From Octopus vulgaris (Eukaryota), in the NCBI GenBank assembly GCA_951406725.2, contig OX597826.1:76012001-76076000 (forward strand): DNA of 64,000 nt, given 5' to 3'. The position numbers were made by a program, and so were the translations under genes. Below are positions 39,011 to 52,187 of the stretch, in pieces (position 1 is the stretch's first letter; each line of letters starts with the position of its first letter). Under the pieces are notes generated by a model. It was not told the origin of the DNA. It was given only the letters and a program-made list of their open reading frames with translations, and made no database searches.

Positions 39011-39226
39011 CTCTTTTATTCTTTTACTTGTTTCAGTCATTTGACTGCGGCCATGCTGGAGCACCGTCTTGAAGGGTTTTAAGCGAACAAATCAACCCCA
39101 GGACTTACATTTTTTTAAGCCTAGTACTTATTCTATCAGTCTCTTTTGATGAACCACTAAGTTGTGGGGGTGTAAACGCTGGTTGTCAAGTGGTGATGGG
39201 GGTGGACAAACACAAACTCAAAGACC

Positions 39227-39268
<42 letters not shown>

Positions 39269-39610
39269 GTGTGTATGTATATATATACACAGCAGGCTTC
39301 TTTCAGTTTCCATCTACCAAATCCACTCACAAGGCTTTGATCGGCCCAAGGCTACAGTAGAAGACACTTGCGCAAGGAGCCACACAGTGGGACTGAACCC
39401 CAAATCATGTGGATGGGAAACAAGCTTCTTACCACACATTATAGGTGCAAATGTGGCCGTGCGGTAAGAAGCTTGCTTCCCAAATGCATAGTTCCAGGTT
39501 CAGTCCCACTGCTTGGCACCTTGGGCAAGTGTCTTCTACTATAGCCTCAGGCCAACCAAAGCATTATGAATGGATTTAGTCGATAGAAACTGAAAGAAGC
39601 CTGTCATATA
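39010..39610. mobile_element. Head-to-head pair of family-A SINEs (39010-39438 on -, 39441-39610 on +)
   Basis: ...caagcttcttaccacac attataggtgcaaatgtggccgtgcggtaagaagcttgc... Confidence 0.85.
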
Positions 39611-39648
39611 TATATATATATATGTATATAATGTATGTATGTGTGTGT

Positions 39649-39682
<34 letters not shown>

Positions 39683-39686
<4 letters not shown>

Positions 39687-40185
39687 TCATCATCATCATT
39701 TAACGTCCACTTTCCATGCTAGCATGGGTTGGACGATTTTGACTGAGGGCTGGCAAACCAGATGGCTGCATCAGGTTCCAATCTTGATCTGGCAGAGTTT
39801 CTACAGTTGGATGCCCTTCCTAACGCCAACCACTCCAAGAGTGTAGTGGGTGCTTTTTACATGCCACTGGCATGGGGGCCAGTTAGGCAGTACTGGCAGT
39901 GACCTCGCTCGAATCTTTTTACACATGCCACCGGCACAGGTGCCAGTAAGGCGACGCTGGTAACGATCATGCTCAAACGGTGCCTTTTACGTGCCACCGG
40001 CATGGAAGCCAGTTAGCCGCTCTGGCAACGAATACATTTGGATGGTACTCTTGGTACCCTACTAGCATGGGCACAAGTGCCAGTAAGGTGATGCTGGTAA
40101 CGATCACACTCGAATAGTGCTCTTTGCACCCCGCTAACACGGATGCCAGTCATCGAATTTGATTTTGATTTTGATTTCACTTGAT
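39683..40185 (-). mobile_element. RTE LINE 3' UTR fragment with (GAT)n tail. Shorter copies near 26466, 28240, 29970, 32900, 34115, 49325, 55058 and 55292.
   Basis: Colinear with the 3' UTR of the RT-bearing element at 61185-62736. Contains repeated gtgccaccggca subunits. Confidence 0.85.
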
Positions 40186-41851
40186 ATATATATATATCAA
40201 ATATAATTAATAACTTTGAAAATGGAGAGATTCAATGAACATAAATTCCTTTAAGGATACGTCCATTTCTATCTTCTCCATTTTCCCAGTGTAATCTTAT
40301 TATTTATTACGTATGTAATAAAATAGTTTCTTGTAATTCACAATGAGGATATTTAAACCTGGTTTAATATATTATATTCTGAAGAGATATTTCTTCAATA
40401 TATGTATAGGTGCAGGTGTGACGGTGTGGTATAAAGCTTGCTTCCAAACATATGGCTTCAGGTTTATTCCCATTGAATGGTACCTTGAGCAGGTGCCTTC
40501 TACTATAGCCTCAGGCCAACCAACATCAGAATCAGAAAAAGAAAAAGGAAAACTGGTTCAAGCTGCTCTTTAGAAAAGATGTAGAATGTCACATAACCAG
40601 CGCTTGCCAGAAAATGCTCTGAAGCCAACGAGGATCATCTAGAAACATGTTTGTTTGACTTGTGAGAAATATCAGCCAAATCTTTCTATTGTCTTCTAAG
40701 AATGAAATCTACAGGTCAACAGGGTATCTTCTACAATATATGAATTAATGCTAGAAGTTTGGTTTACTTTGCTTCTGCAATGCCTCACCATCTTAAATCC
40801 CAGTACCTTATCCAACTCCCACTACTACCAGTCACTAGAAGGAGATCTTGTTTGGGCAGAAGTAGCTGAAAACTTCCAGCTTAATTCTTTTCTTCCCTTT
40901 CTTATAGCTGCGAGTTTAGCTGATTTAGTCCCTCTTACAATCTTTCTCCCTCTTGAAAATATTTAATATAAATCCCTAAAATTAGGATTTCATTATTAAG
41001 GATTTCATCAGGGTACATGGCTAAGTTTTTAAGAGGCTCACTTTGCCAATTCTCATGCATGGCAACTTTGGACAACTCTGTGAATAAACTCGGGTGTATA
41101 GACACTGTAAGTGGATTGACAACTGTCAAAGGCCCAGCTTTATTAAATCACAATATTATGCCTTGTTTTCTTGCAGTCTACTTTAACAGGGCAGATGTTA
41201 GTGAGAATGTTCAGTCATTTACACAACAAACAACAACAATGCAATTCGGTTGTCTGAGCAGCAGGAATTCATTTGTTGAAAGTGACACAAGATCCATTCA
41301 TTCACTGATTTATAAGAAAACAAATTCAAAACACATATGATGTTAACCTGAATATTTATCCTTTTAAGCTCTATTACTGTTTTTTTTCTTTCTTTCTTTC
41401 CATTTAAAAGTGAATTCGTTAGCATTGCATCACTGGCCCAAGTAATTAGATTCCCAAGTAATAAACTATAGAGTTGTTGATCCAAGCTTATTCATCAACT
41501 ATCATACAGTATCAACCAATGGTTATGACAATGGACTGTGACTGATTCAATACATATGATAAATACACCAAAAAAATAGGTACCCTGGTGAAATGAGCTT
41601 AAATTCTCCATAATAAGTTGTGGGAGCACTGTACAAATGATGAAAGTTTTAGTAGTCTGCAGTCTTGCTAGACAGGTTAGAATATGTCTAATGTTTAATT
41701 AGTTTACTTATTTGAGTAATGAAACTACACCTGCTTTGCGTTAATCTAAAGAAGTGTTGAATGCTGTAGAGCAAAAGATTAAAATCCAGGTGAGTCAAAA
41801 ACACAATGTCACTTTAATTAACTGTAGATGCAAGTTCATTCCTCTTATATA

Positions 41852-42260
41852 CTCTTTTACTCTTTCACTTGTTTCAGTCATTTGACTGCGGCCATGCTGG
41901 AGCACCGCCTTTAATCGAGCAACTCGACCCCGGGACTTATTCTTTTTGTAAGCCCAGTACTTATTCTATCGGTCTCTTTTACCGAACCGCTAAGTGACGG
42001 GGACATAAACACACCAGCATCGGTTGTCAAGCAATGCTAGGGGGACAAACACAGACACACAAACAAACGCACACACATATATATATATATACATATATAC
42101 GACGGGCTTCTTTTAGTTTCCATCTACCAAATCCACTCACAAGGCTTTGGTCGGCCCGAGGCTATAGTAGAAGATACTTGCCCAAGGTGCCACACAGTGG
42201 GACTGAACCCGGAACCATGTGGTTCATAAGCAAGCTACTTACCACACAGCCACTCCTGCC
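41852..42260 (-). mobile_element. Young full-length SINE family A
   Basis: Near-consensus reverse copy. Confidence 0.92.
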
Positions 42261-42451
42261 ATAAATATATTTGCAAAGGGGAAGGAAATCATCACCATAT
42301 ATTTCCTTCTCCTACTTCACCTTAAAGTAGAGACCACCTCTTTGTGTCTGGGCAAAAGAAGACAACACTGAATGAAAGGGAAAAGAAAATATTTAAAGAT
42401 TTTTTTACCAATCATTTAGAAATGTCAATATGACACAACTACCGGTGGCTA

Positions 42452-42982
42452 TTTATAAAATATTTGTCTAAATACTGTCCTACGACTTGTCATTATTTTC
42501 CCAAAATGAGAAATCACAGCTGATTTGTTGTGTACCAAGATCGTTGAAAGGATAATTCTATTGACTTCTCATTGTTTGGTTTTGCTGAAGTATTTAACAA
42601 CAAAAGCAAATTTTTAATATTCCTACATATCTACATACTGACTTCCTTGCCTCAAAAATACTGCCTCAGAAAAAATTGCCTCAAAATATTGTCTCAAAAA
42701 TATTGCCTCAGAAAATATTGCCTCAGAAATATTGCCTCAAAAATATTACCTCAGAAAAAATTGCTTCAGAAAATATTTATAAAGTATTTGTCTAAATATT
42801 GTCCTACAACTTGTCATTATTTTCCCAAAATGAAAAATCACAGATGATTTGTTGTGTGCCAAGATCGTTGAAAGGACAATTCTATTGACTTCAGCTTGTT
42901 TGGTTTTGCTGAAGTATTTAACAACAAAAGCAAATTTTTAATATTCCTACATATCTACATTCCAACTTCCTTGCCTCAGAAA
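42452..42982. repeat. ~205-bp direct duplication separated by a 14-15-bp minisatellite
   Basis: 42452-42657 matches 42776-42982. The spacer is (aaaatattgcctca[g])n. Confidence 0.9.
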
Positions 42983-45000
42983 ATCAATTACATTAGTCAT
43001 CATTCTTTGATACAACTTGCACCATTGCAATTTCTTATTTCTGCTCAGAGCTTATTCTCTCTCTAACACATAGATCTTACTTTGACTATAAACAGTAACA
43101 ACATTCAATTGATATTGATTTTTTCCTTTTTTTTTTTCAGTTTGTTTTCTTTTTTTTATTAAAGACAAGGCCAAGAATTGATGTCTCTGAATTATTTAAT
43201 CTCCAAACAATTCTCCATTTTCCTGTGCCAATCCTATCTATTTTTCTTAGCGATTCATTTATTCAGTGACTTCAATAAGTAATGGTGAAAGCGATGCTTT
43301 GCTGAAGATATCAGAAAACAATAAATACATGTCGTTCTAAGTAATTAAACCCAGATCAGAACCTAGTGCAGTTCCTCGACTTACCAGTTTTCAGTCAAAC
43401 CGTCCAACCCATGCCAGCATGGAAAACGGATGTTAAATGATGATGATGATGATGATGATGATTTATTCAAATCAGTGTCTGCAACTTGAATGTTACATAC
43501 ATGCAGCTGTGGCTAAAGGTGTAGGCATAGCTAAAGACACAGATGTGGCTGCGTGGTTAAGAAGCTTGCTTCTTGACCATGTGGTCTTCGGCTCAGTCCC
43601 ACTGCACAGCATCTGGGGCAAGAATCTTCTACTACAACCCTGGCTCCAACAAAGCCTTGTGAGTGGATATAGTGGACAAAGACTGAAAAGAAGCCAGTAA
43701 TATACACATACATGTGTGCATGTGTGTGTGTGTGTTTGTGTACCAGGGAAGTGCCGCTTGGGTAGGTAAAGTAGGCAGCAGTGCCTACTCTGAATAAAAT
43801 AGATCGATAGTAACATTTTCCTTTTATGGCAAAATACGCACCTAATTCAATAAAATTATGAAGGTTACTCTGATTACCATGCATAAAATACAAAATATTT
43901 GATTCTTTTATAAATTAGGTAGGCATAATTCGCCCCTGACTTTCAATCACAGTATTAAAGCTACACCTAGGACTGCTGTAGTACACATGCTGTGTACATT
44001 CCTACAACACTGTTTTCTTTACATGTTATAAAGGCAAAAGTAAATCTGCCTACAACTCAGTCACAAGCCTGTGTTTTGCTTAGTTTTTTGTGTGTTTTAC
44101 TACATAAAAGTCAGCAACTGCCTGCCCTGAGTAATTACTGGTGGCACGTGCCTGGTATGTACCATTATCTAAACATCATGTGATGGTTGTAAACGAGCAT
44201 CACTGTTATGCACATGAGGTTATTTGTTTCCAGCCTTCTGTGAAAAACATGTCTAGCTATTGGAAAATGCTATGTTGCTTGGAAACATGTTAGGGTTGGC
44301 AACAGGAAGAGCATCCAGAAATAGAAAAATCTGCATCAGCAAATTTCATCTGACCCATAGAAGCATGGAGAAGCAGATATTAAATGATGATGATGATGCT
44401 TCAAATGTTGTACCCTCCAGCCTTCTTCAAGGACTTGTTGCATTTGGGAATGCTCTCAGGACCCTTTATATAAGCCAAACTACACCTATTTTTGACTAAA
44501 CAGTTTGTTCAGTTTCAAATTCAAAGAAAGTCATCAATTACGGTAGGTACTTGAAGTGAAATGGAGGTTACAGTGATTGAAACCGTGTGGCTATAACAAC
44601 TGAAGTAAAAGACACTAGTTTGAATAAACCTCTCTCAAATAATGGTAATTCCTCATTTTCAAAATCCAAGCAAAAATTATATCCAGCACTGTTCCCCATA
44701 TTTGCCAAGAAAAAATCAAAACACTATCAGCCATAGATAAATAGTGTTTTTTTTCATTCCCTCACCACATAATTATTTTAGTTGACTTTTCAAGACCAGA
44801 TAGATCAATAGTCATATTCTTCTTGCAGATCTGCAAGTTTATTACAGGGAAAATATGGGTAAGAAGGAAATTCCAGAGGGATATTATACTGGGGAGCAAG
44901 GATTAGTTTTGGAATGGGTTGCATAGGAACTTGGGGCAGGATACTGTATATTCCAGCATATAAGTAAAAAAAAAAATATATATATATATATATATGTATA

Positions 45001-45062
<62 letters not shown>

Positions 45063-45065
<3 letters not shown>

Positions 45066-45254
45066 TGTATTTTCCAGCATATAAGTCAAAATTTTCAGAC
45101 CCAAATTTACGTCCAAAAACAAGGCAGACTTTGAAAAACCCAAAATTCCATGTGACATGTAGGAGGATTTGGAAAGATAATGAATATGTTTGAATGGTTA
45201 TACTACATGTTTACATGATATACTATGTCAATTTATATACTAGAAAATATGGTA
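45063..45254. mobile_element. pogo/Tigger-like MITE
   Basis: Ends tactgtattttccagcatataa / ttatatactagaaaatatggta in TA context. Confidence 0.55.
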
Positions 45255-46106
45255 ACTGATGTACATTACTGGGACATATTTTATCAATTTCAGGGGAATA
45301 AGTTGACCCTAGTTAACTAGATTTCAAATCAGAATGAAGTGTGTGGAACAAGGCTAAATGTCGAAACTGCCATTTCTTTTTAAGGGCCACTCAATAAGTT
45401 AGTTCACCATTCATTAATCCTGTCATAGAAAACCTGAATATCAATCAACAATTCATAAGCAAACAAAAAATATGTTCCTTAAATTACAGAGTTCTTCAAT
45501 TAATTGATAAGAAACGTTTTACTTTTTTAATTTCGTTATCAAAAATAATGAGGAAAAAAAGTATCAGAAAAGGAGCAACTATGATGAATTTTTTTAGGTT
45601 ATCTGAAATTGGTGAAAGGAAGAGAGGAGGCTGTCCAAGGTTGAACCCTGCCACAAATGCTTCCAACAGTACAGACTATATTGAAGTCACTCACAGTCTG
45701 TGTGTGAGTATATATATATATATATATATATACTCACACATATATATACATACACACACATACACATATATATGTGTGTGTGTGTGTGCGTGTGCGTGTG
45801 TGTGTGCATGAGTGTGTGTATATATATAACAGATCACAACCTGTTAGAATATAATTAGAATATATTAGAGCTTGACCAGAATGAAACATTTTATTTACAT
45901 GAAACCACAAATTGGCAAATTACAAAGAGTTGAAAACTTCATGACTCAAACTGTCACATTGGTCACTCATGTGACCACTCACTTTTTTGTCAGCTGATCA
46001 TTCATTTAGAACAATTGCCATTGTAGTTCACAAAATAAAATTGGATAGAAAAATAAGTTGATAGCATAATGAGATGTTTTTCGCAAAAAAGTTCCTCAAA
46101 ATTTGA

Positions 46107-46500
46107 GGCGCAGGAGTGGCTGTGTGGTAAGTAGCTTGTTTACCAACCACATGGTTCCGGGTTCAGTCCCACTGCGTGGCACTTTGGGTAAGTGTCTTCT
46201 ACTATAGCCTCGAGCCGACTAAAGCCTTGTGAGGGTGGATTTGGTAGACGGAAACTGAAAGAAGCCCGTCGTATATATGTATATATATATATATATATGT
46301 GTGTGTGTTGTCCCCCTAGCATTGCTTGACAAACGATGCTGGTGTGTTTATGTCCCTGTTAATTAGCAGTTCGGCAAAAGAGACCGATAGAATAAGTACT
46401 GGGCTTACAAAAGAATAAGTCCTGGGGTCGAGTTGCTCGATTAAAGGCGGTGCTCCAGCATGGCCGCAGTCAAATGACTGAAACAAGTAAAAGAGTAAAA
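46107..46500 (+). mobile_element. Young full-length SINE family A
   Basis: Near-consensus forward copy. Confidence 0.92.
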
Positions 46501-46904
46501 ACTATGTACAGAAGCCTTAATAGTAACAAAATACAAGCTTGAATATCAGAGGTAAAACAATATATCCATTAAATCATGGAACTTTACAGGGTTTACCATT
46601 ATATAATTTTAAATCCAGCATTGATCATTTTATAAATTATAAAATTTTTCCCAAGATCATTAGCGACTTACTACGAAAACACGAGAGCAACATGCCATTG
46701 CAACAGTATTAGATTAATGGATTTAAGAAGATTAGTGTTTCAAACCGAAGGACTAATAAAGAAATATAAAAAACAAGTCCTTAATAAAAAGATTAAACTT
46801 GAACGCAATTGTGCTTTTGATATAACATGTTTGAAAGAAAAAAAAACTGTTCCTTGAATATACTGCCACAGTCATACACACACACACAAAATGTGTATGT
46901 GTGC

Positions 46905-47026
<122 letters not shown>

Positions 47027-47050
47027 ATACATATATATATAAATATATAA

Positions 47051-47105
<55 letters not shown>

Positions 47106-47495
47106 TAACCTTACATACATACATATATATACATCTGGCCATCACCATGACTGAATGCTAGCTACTAAAGCTCTCTTTTTTATTCTCTTTTTCTTTATTT
47201 TCTCTTGTTGCTTTCTGCTGAAGAGCGTAGGCTCGAAGCGTAAAAGACTTTCTCACCTTCCCGAGCATTTAAACTAATTCACCTGTTTGTTGTTTACACA
47301 CCTGACTTTGTCTTTTGTTCTTTGTAAATTCCAACTATATATATATATGTATGTATGTATATATATTACCAAATGACTCATAACATATTGATGGATAATT
47401 GAGGGATAAATAAGCTGACAAATATCCATTGTAAGTTATTATGCATTTGGTTATAATACACCAAGGGAATTTATGACTTGTCAGACACCCTAGAG

Positions 47496-47720
47496 CAGGG
47501 GTGGGCAAACTACGGCCCACGGGCCGCATGCGGCCCACCATAAGTTTTCATGTGGCCCACCGAGAGCTTTTATGAATCCCAACTTCTATGCAGATACTTC
47601 GTAACTGCTTCAGTTGTACGGTAATTCACAATATTTTCACTTGATTTTTATAAATGAGGCCCGCCAAGGTTCGAAAGACGCACTGTGCGGCCCGCGATCA
47701 AAAAAGTTTGCCCACCCCTG
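47496..47720. mobile_element. Intact hAT (Charlie-like) MITE with 8-bp TSD
   Basis: Perfect TIRs caggggtgggcaaact / agtttgcccacccctg, TSD ccctagag at 47488-47495 and 47721-47728, cggccc subterminal motifs. Confidence 0.95.
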
Positions 47721-48315
47721 CCCTAGAGTATACCAACAATGTACTACTCAAAGTAATGTATAATTTGGACCAGCTCCTTAGGTGCTAAATACTCATAGGG
47801 CTGGTTTTCTCTGTACACAACCAGAATATCTTATTTAATACTCACCAACCATAGGCTAAAACCACAGAGATTATCCAACCCTACCTATTTACCTATTGCA
47901 TATCTTTTCAAGTACCTGATTCTGTCTGAATCCTTATTTTACTATATATATATATATAAGACTTACTTGGAAGGGGATGGTGGCGTTCAATCATTATAAT
48001 AATATAAATAAAAAATATATATATGCCTATATACATACGTAAATGTACATACTTACATCTATACGTATATATATAAATATGCATATGTGGGCAGAGGATG
48101 TCATGAAAAGTGTACAACAAAAAAGTACAAAGCACGAGTATATGGAACATGAAGAACATGAACTATTCTTTCAAACAGTGAAAGACACAAATGGAAAACA
48201 AAACTTTTTTGTTGTACACATTTCATAACGTCCTGTGCCCACTTATGCATATGCATGCATGCATGCATACATACATACATACATACATACATACATACAT
48301 ACATACATACATACA

Positions 48316-48351
<36 letters not shown>

Positions 48352-48717
48352 TATATGTGGAGGCGCAATGACCTAGTGGTTAGGGCACCGGACTCGCGGT
48401 CGCAGGATCTCGGTTTCGATTCCCAGACCTGGTGTTGTGAGTGTTTATTGAGCGAAAACACCTAAAAGCTCCACGAGGCTCCGGCTGTGGGTGGTGATCC
48501 CTACTGTACTCTTTCACCACTCTTTCTTCTGCTGGCCTGCTTGCTTAGCCAGCGGGGTGGCGTCATTCGAAGGCTAAAACAACGTGAACGCATTGTGACC
48601 AGCGATGTGTAACAACATCTGATGGTCTGGTCGGTCACGTGATCACGTGATATATATATATGTACAGATGTAAGAATGTACATATATGTATGAATATTTA
48701 CATATATATATATTATT

Positions 48718-48772
<55 letters not shown>

Positions 48773-49109
48773 ATACACACATACACATACTCATCAAAAT
48801 CTTTTAATTTATAGCCTGTTCACTGATACTATTTCCTACATTATTTCCAAAAATCAATAATACACTAGCTGGAATTATGGAAATTCCACAGTTGTTGATT
48901 GTTAAGATCCAACAATTAATCCAATATGTATTTGGACAAAGATACAAGATTTTGCTGAAATAATTTATCCCCAGTGGGTTGGCAGGTGAAAACGGAAACA
49001 AAATTCAGGTATTTTACTTCTTCAACAGTCAATGATCAATAAATATTCTTTTCTACACTAAGCACAAGGCTCAAGACTTCAAGTAGAGCAAACTGCAAGA
49101 ATAAATCAG

Positions 49110-49226
49110 AAATAAAGACCCAGGTTTCCCAAGCAGTCACCCATCTAAGTACTAACTAGGCTCGACATTGCTTAACTCCAGTGATCGGACAAGAACTGGT
49201 GTTTTCAACATGATATGGCCATAAAC
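49110..49226 (-). pseudogene. Near full-length 5S rRNA pseudogene
   Basis: Reverse complement gtttatggccatatcatgttgaaaacaccagttcttgtccgatcactggagttaagcaatgtcgagcctagttagtacttagatgggtgactgcttgggaaacctgggt matches invertebrate 5S, with mostly CpG-type transitions and a diverged 3' end. Confidence 0.9.
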
Positions 49227-51699
49227 AATGATTAATAAATATTACAATCATTCACACTGTCGTATCGTTATGATAACTATGCAACTGTATCATTACACTG
49301 TTAATTATAATTATCATAAATTATACCAGCATCGCCTTACTGGCACCTGTGCCGGTGGCATGTGTAAAAGATTCGAGCGAGGTCGTTGCCAGTACTGCTT
49401 GACTGGCCCCATGCCGGTGGCGCGTAAAAAGCACCCAGTACACTCTCGGAGTGGTTGGTGTTAGGAAGGGCATCCAGCTGTAGAAACTCTGCCAGATCAA
49501 GATTGAAGCCTGGTGCAGCCATCTGGTTCGCCAGCCCTCAGTCATTCGTCCAACCCATACTAGCATGGAAAGCGGACATTAAATGATGATGATGATGATG
49601 ATACCATCAGCATTCTGTATACCTTACTTAATGTGGATATTTTATAAAAAGCCACAAAACTGCAGTACTCATCTTACGAAATCTTCTCATACAGATGTAC
49701 AGGGCTAAAAAGTGCAGACGTGTATCAATAGCAAATGAAAAACATCCTTGCTACTGAGGACATGCAAAGACACAGAAATCCCGATTTGGCAATTCTACCA
49801 CAGCAGCTGGCTGCATTTTGTCTGCTAATGCTACACTTCCATACTTTTTGGCACTATATAGCCATGAGAGATGTTTTTTCAAGAAGAGTACTGTAGGTCT
49901 TTGGCTTTCTAATAGTATATCCACGTTAAGTAAAATATACAGATTGCTATTCTGAACTAATATGGCTTCTGTCACTTATAACAAATTTACACCATTATTT
50001 TCATTAACCAATTCTTTTATGCAGAAATCAAATCCGATACATCCACTCAAAATCTTATTACCCTTAACTAACAGAAAGCAGTTCTATATCATTAAGTCAT
50101 CTTTTGTTAAGGAATGTTGTGTTTGAAACTATTTTTTTGCTGAGATATGTCAAGTAATTGTCTTAACCACGCCTGGGTATTTTTTTATTCTTTTATTTGT
50201 TTCAATCATTTGACAGTGGCCATGCTGGAGCACCGCCTTTAGTCGAGCAAATCAACCCCAGGACTTATTTTTTGTAAGCTTGGTACTTATTCTATCGGTC
50301 TCCGTTGCTGAACTGTTAAGTTATGGGATACGTAAACACACCTACATCAGCTGTCAAGTGATGGTGGGGAACACAGGCACACAAACACACACATACACAT
50401 ATATATAGTTATCATCATCATTTAACATCCGAATTCCATGCTAGCATGGGGTGGAGCACGGTCTATATATATATGTATGTATAAGTATATACAATGGGCT
50501 TCTTTTAGTTTCTGTCTACCAAATCCACTCACAAGGCTATAGTAGAAGCCCGAGGCTATAGTAGGAGACACTTGGCCAATGTTCCACACAGTGGGACTGA
50601 ACCTGGAACCATGTGGTTGGGAAGCAAACTTCTTACCACCAAGCCACAGAGTATAAAAACCACACCCCTCTGCCAAGCCATGTCAAGCCAGTGCGGTAGA
50701 GTAGACTCATCAAACCAGTAGGATCTCAAGCTCCAATTCACAGCCTGCACAACAGACGAAGATTAGTGGAGAGAACGTGCTGAGGCCCTCCTCCAGCAGC
50801 AGAGTAAAACATGGGCAATCCAATCCAATCTAATCTGGGTCAGGTACATTGAGATAACATGACTTGCAAAAAATACCAATCTATTTTTGTATTTTACTTG
50901 TTTCAGCCATTAGACAGTGACCATGTTGGAGCACCACCTTTAAGAATCAGTTTTAGTCGAATGAACGACCCCAATATTTTTTTTTTTTTTAAACTTGGTA
51001 TATTATATTATATTGGTCTCTTTTGCTGAACTGCTACAGCGATGTAAACACACCAAACACAGGTTGTCAGACCATAAAATTTAATTTCACAGAAGAAGGA
51101 TTAATGCTTCGGTTTAATCAACATTTGTAAATGATAGTATATTCATCTTTGCTTCCTTTGCTTGTCCGATGTTCACGACCGTAAAAGCAATTTCAGCCAA
51201 TTTTCTCGCTACAGACAAAGCAACATAAAATGCAACAGTTTCTGACTAAATACTAGTTGTGGTTAGTAAATCACTACCTTACTAAACGTTTCACTCTGTG
51301 CTTCATTAATTGTCATTGTAAGTAGAAATATAGCAGTAAATTTAAATCACCAGGTGTCAGTTTAACTCTAGCCATTAATGCTCGCCTACCTGCCAAAGTA
51401 CCACTTATTAGTGAACCTTCACTCTAATTATTGTATAATCTTTTATCTTTAATGTTTCACTCGTTTCAGCAACTGGGCTGCAGCCATGCTGGAGCACTGT
51501 ATGGAGGGTTTTTACTCACATAAATTAACCCCAGTCGTTATTTTTTAGAACTTGATACTTTTTTATATTGATCTCTTTTGCTCAACTGCTAAGTTATGGG
51601 GATGTAAACAAACCAACAGTAGTTGCCTAGCAGTGGTGAGTGGACAAACACAGGTACACACATATACATATATACCTTTGTGTGTGTACACACACACAC

Positions 51700-51732
<33 letters not shown>

Positions 51733-51974
51733 CGTGCATATAGCCTGAGCAACGCTGGGCTATACTGCTGGTATATATATATATTTTTTATTAATATTTA
51801 GCAGAAGCAACATAGTGATTCAAAGGTCGAGTGTTTTACATGCTGTTATTTATCAAACTAGTCATATATTGAGTTCTGTTTTAACTCTATGCATCAACGT
51901 ACCCATATATATATGTTCATACATGCATACATACATACATACAAACATACATACATACATACATATACATACAA

Positions 51975-52057
<83 letters not shown>

Positions 52058-52152
52058 ATCCAAACAAGAAAGCACAAAAAAAACACAACAATGCAAGGAC
52101 GTGGAACAAATATAGTATTATTGGACGCTCAGGAAAGAAGGAAAGAAGGAGG

Positions 52153-52187
52153 GTTTAACGTTTCGAGCGGAGCTCTTCGTCGGAAAC
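52153..52187 (-). ncRNA. Candidate minimal type-I hammerhead ribozyme (variant core)
   Basis: GTTT-CCGACGA-A-GAGC-tcc-GCTC-GAAA-CGTT-AAAC with a palindromic ACGT stem III. Confidence 0.5.

Noticed and set aside
48357-48430. tRNA gene
   Set aside because: tRNA-like A/B boxes continue directly into a multi-copy SINE body, and there is no proper acceptor stem.
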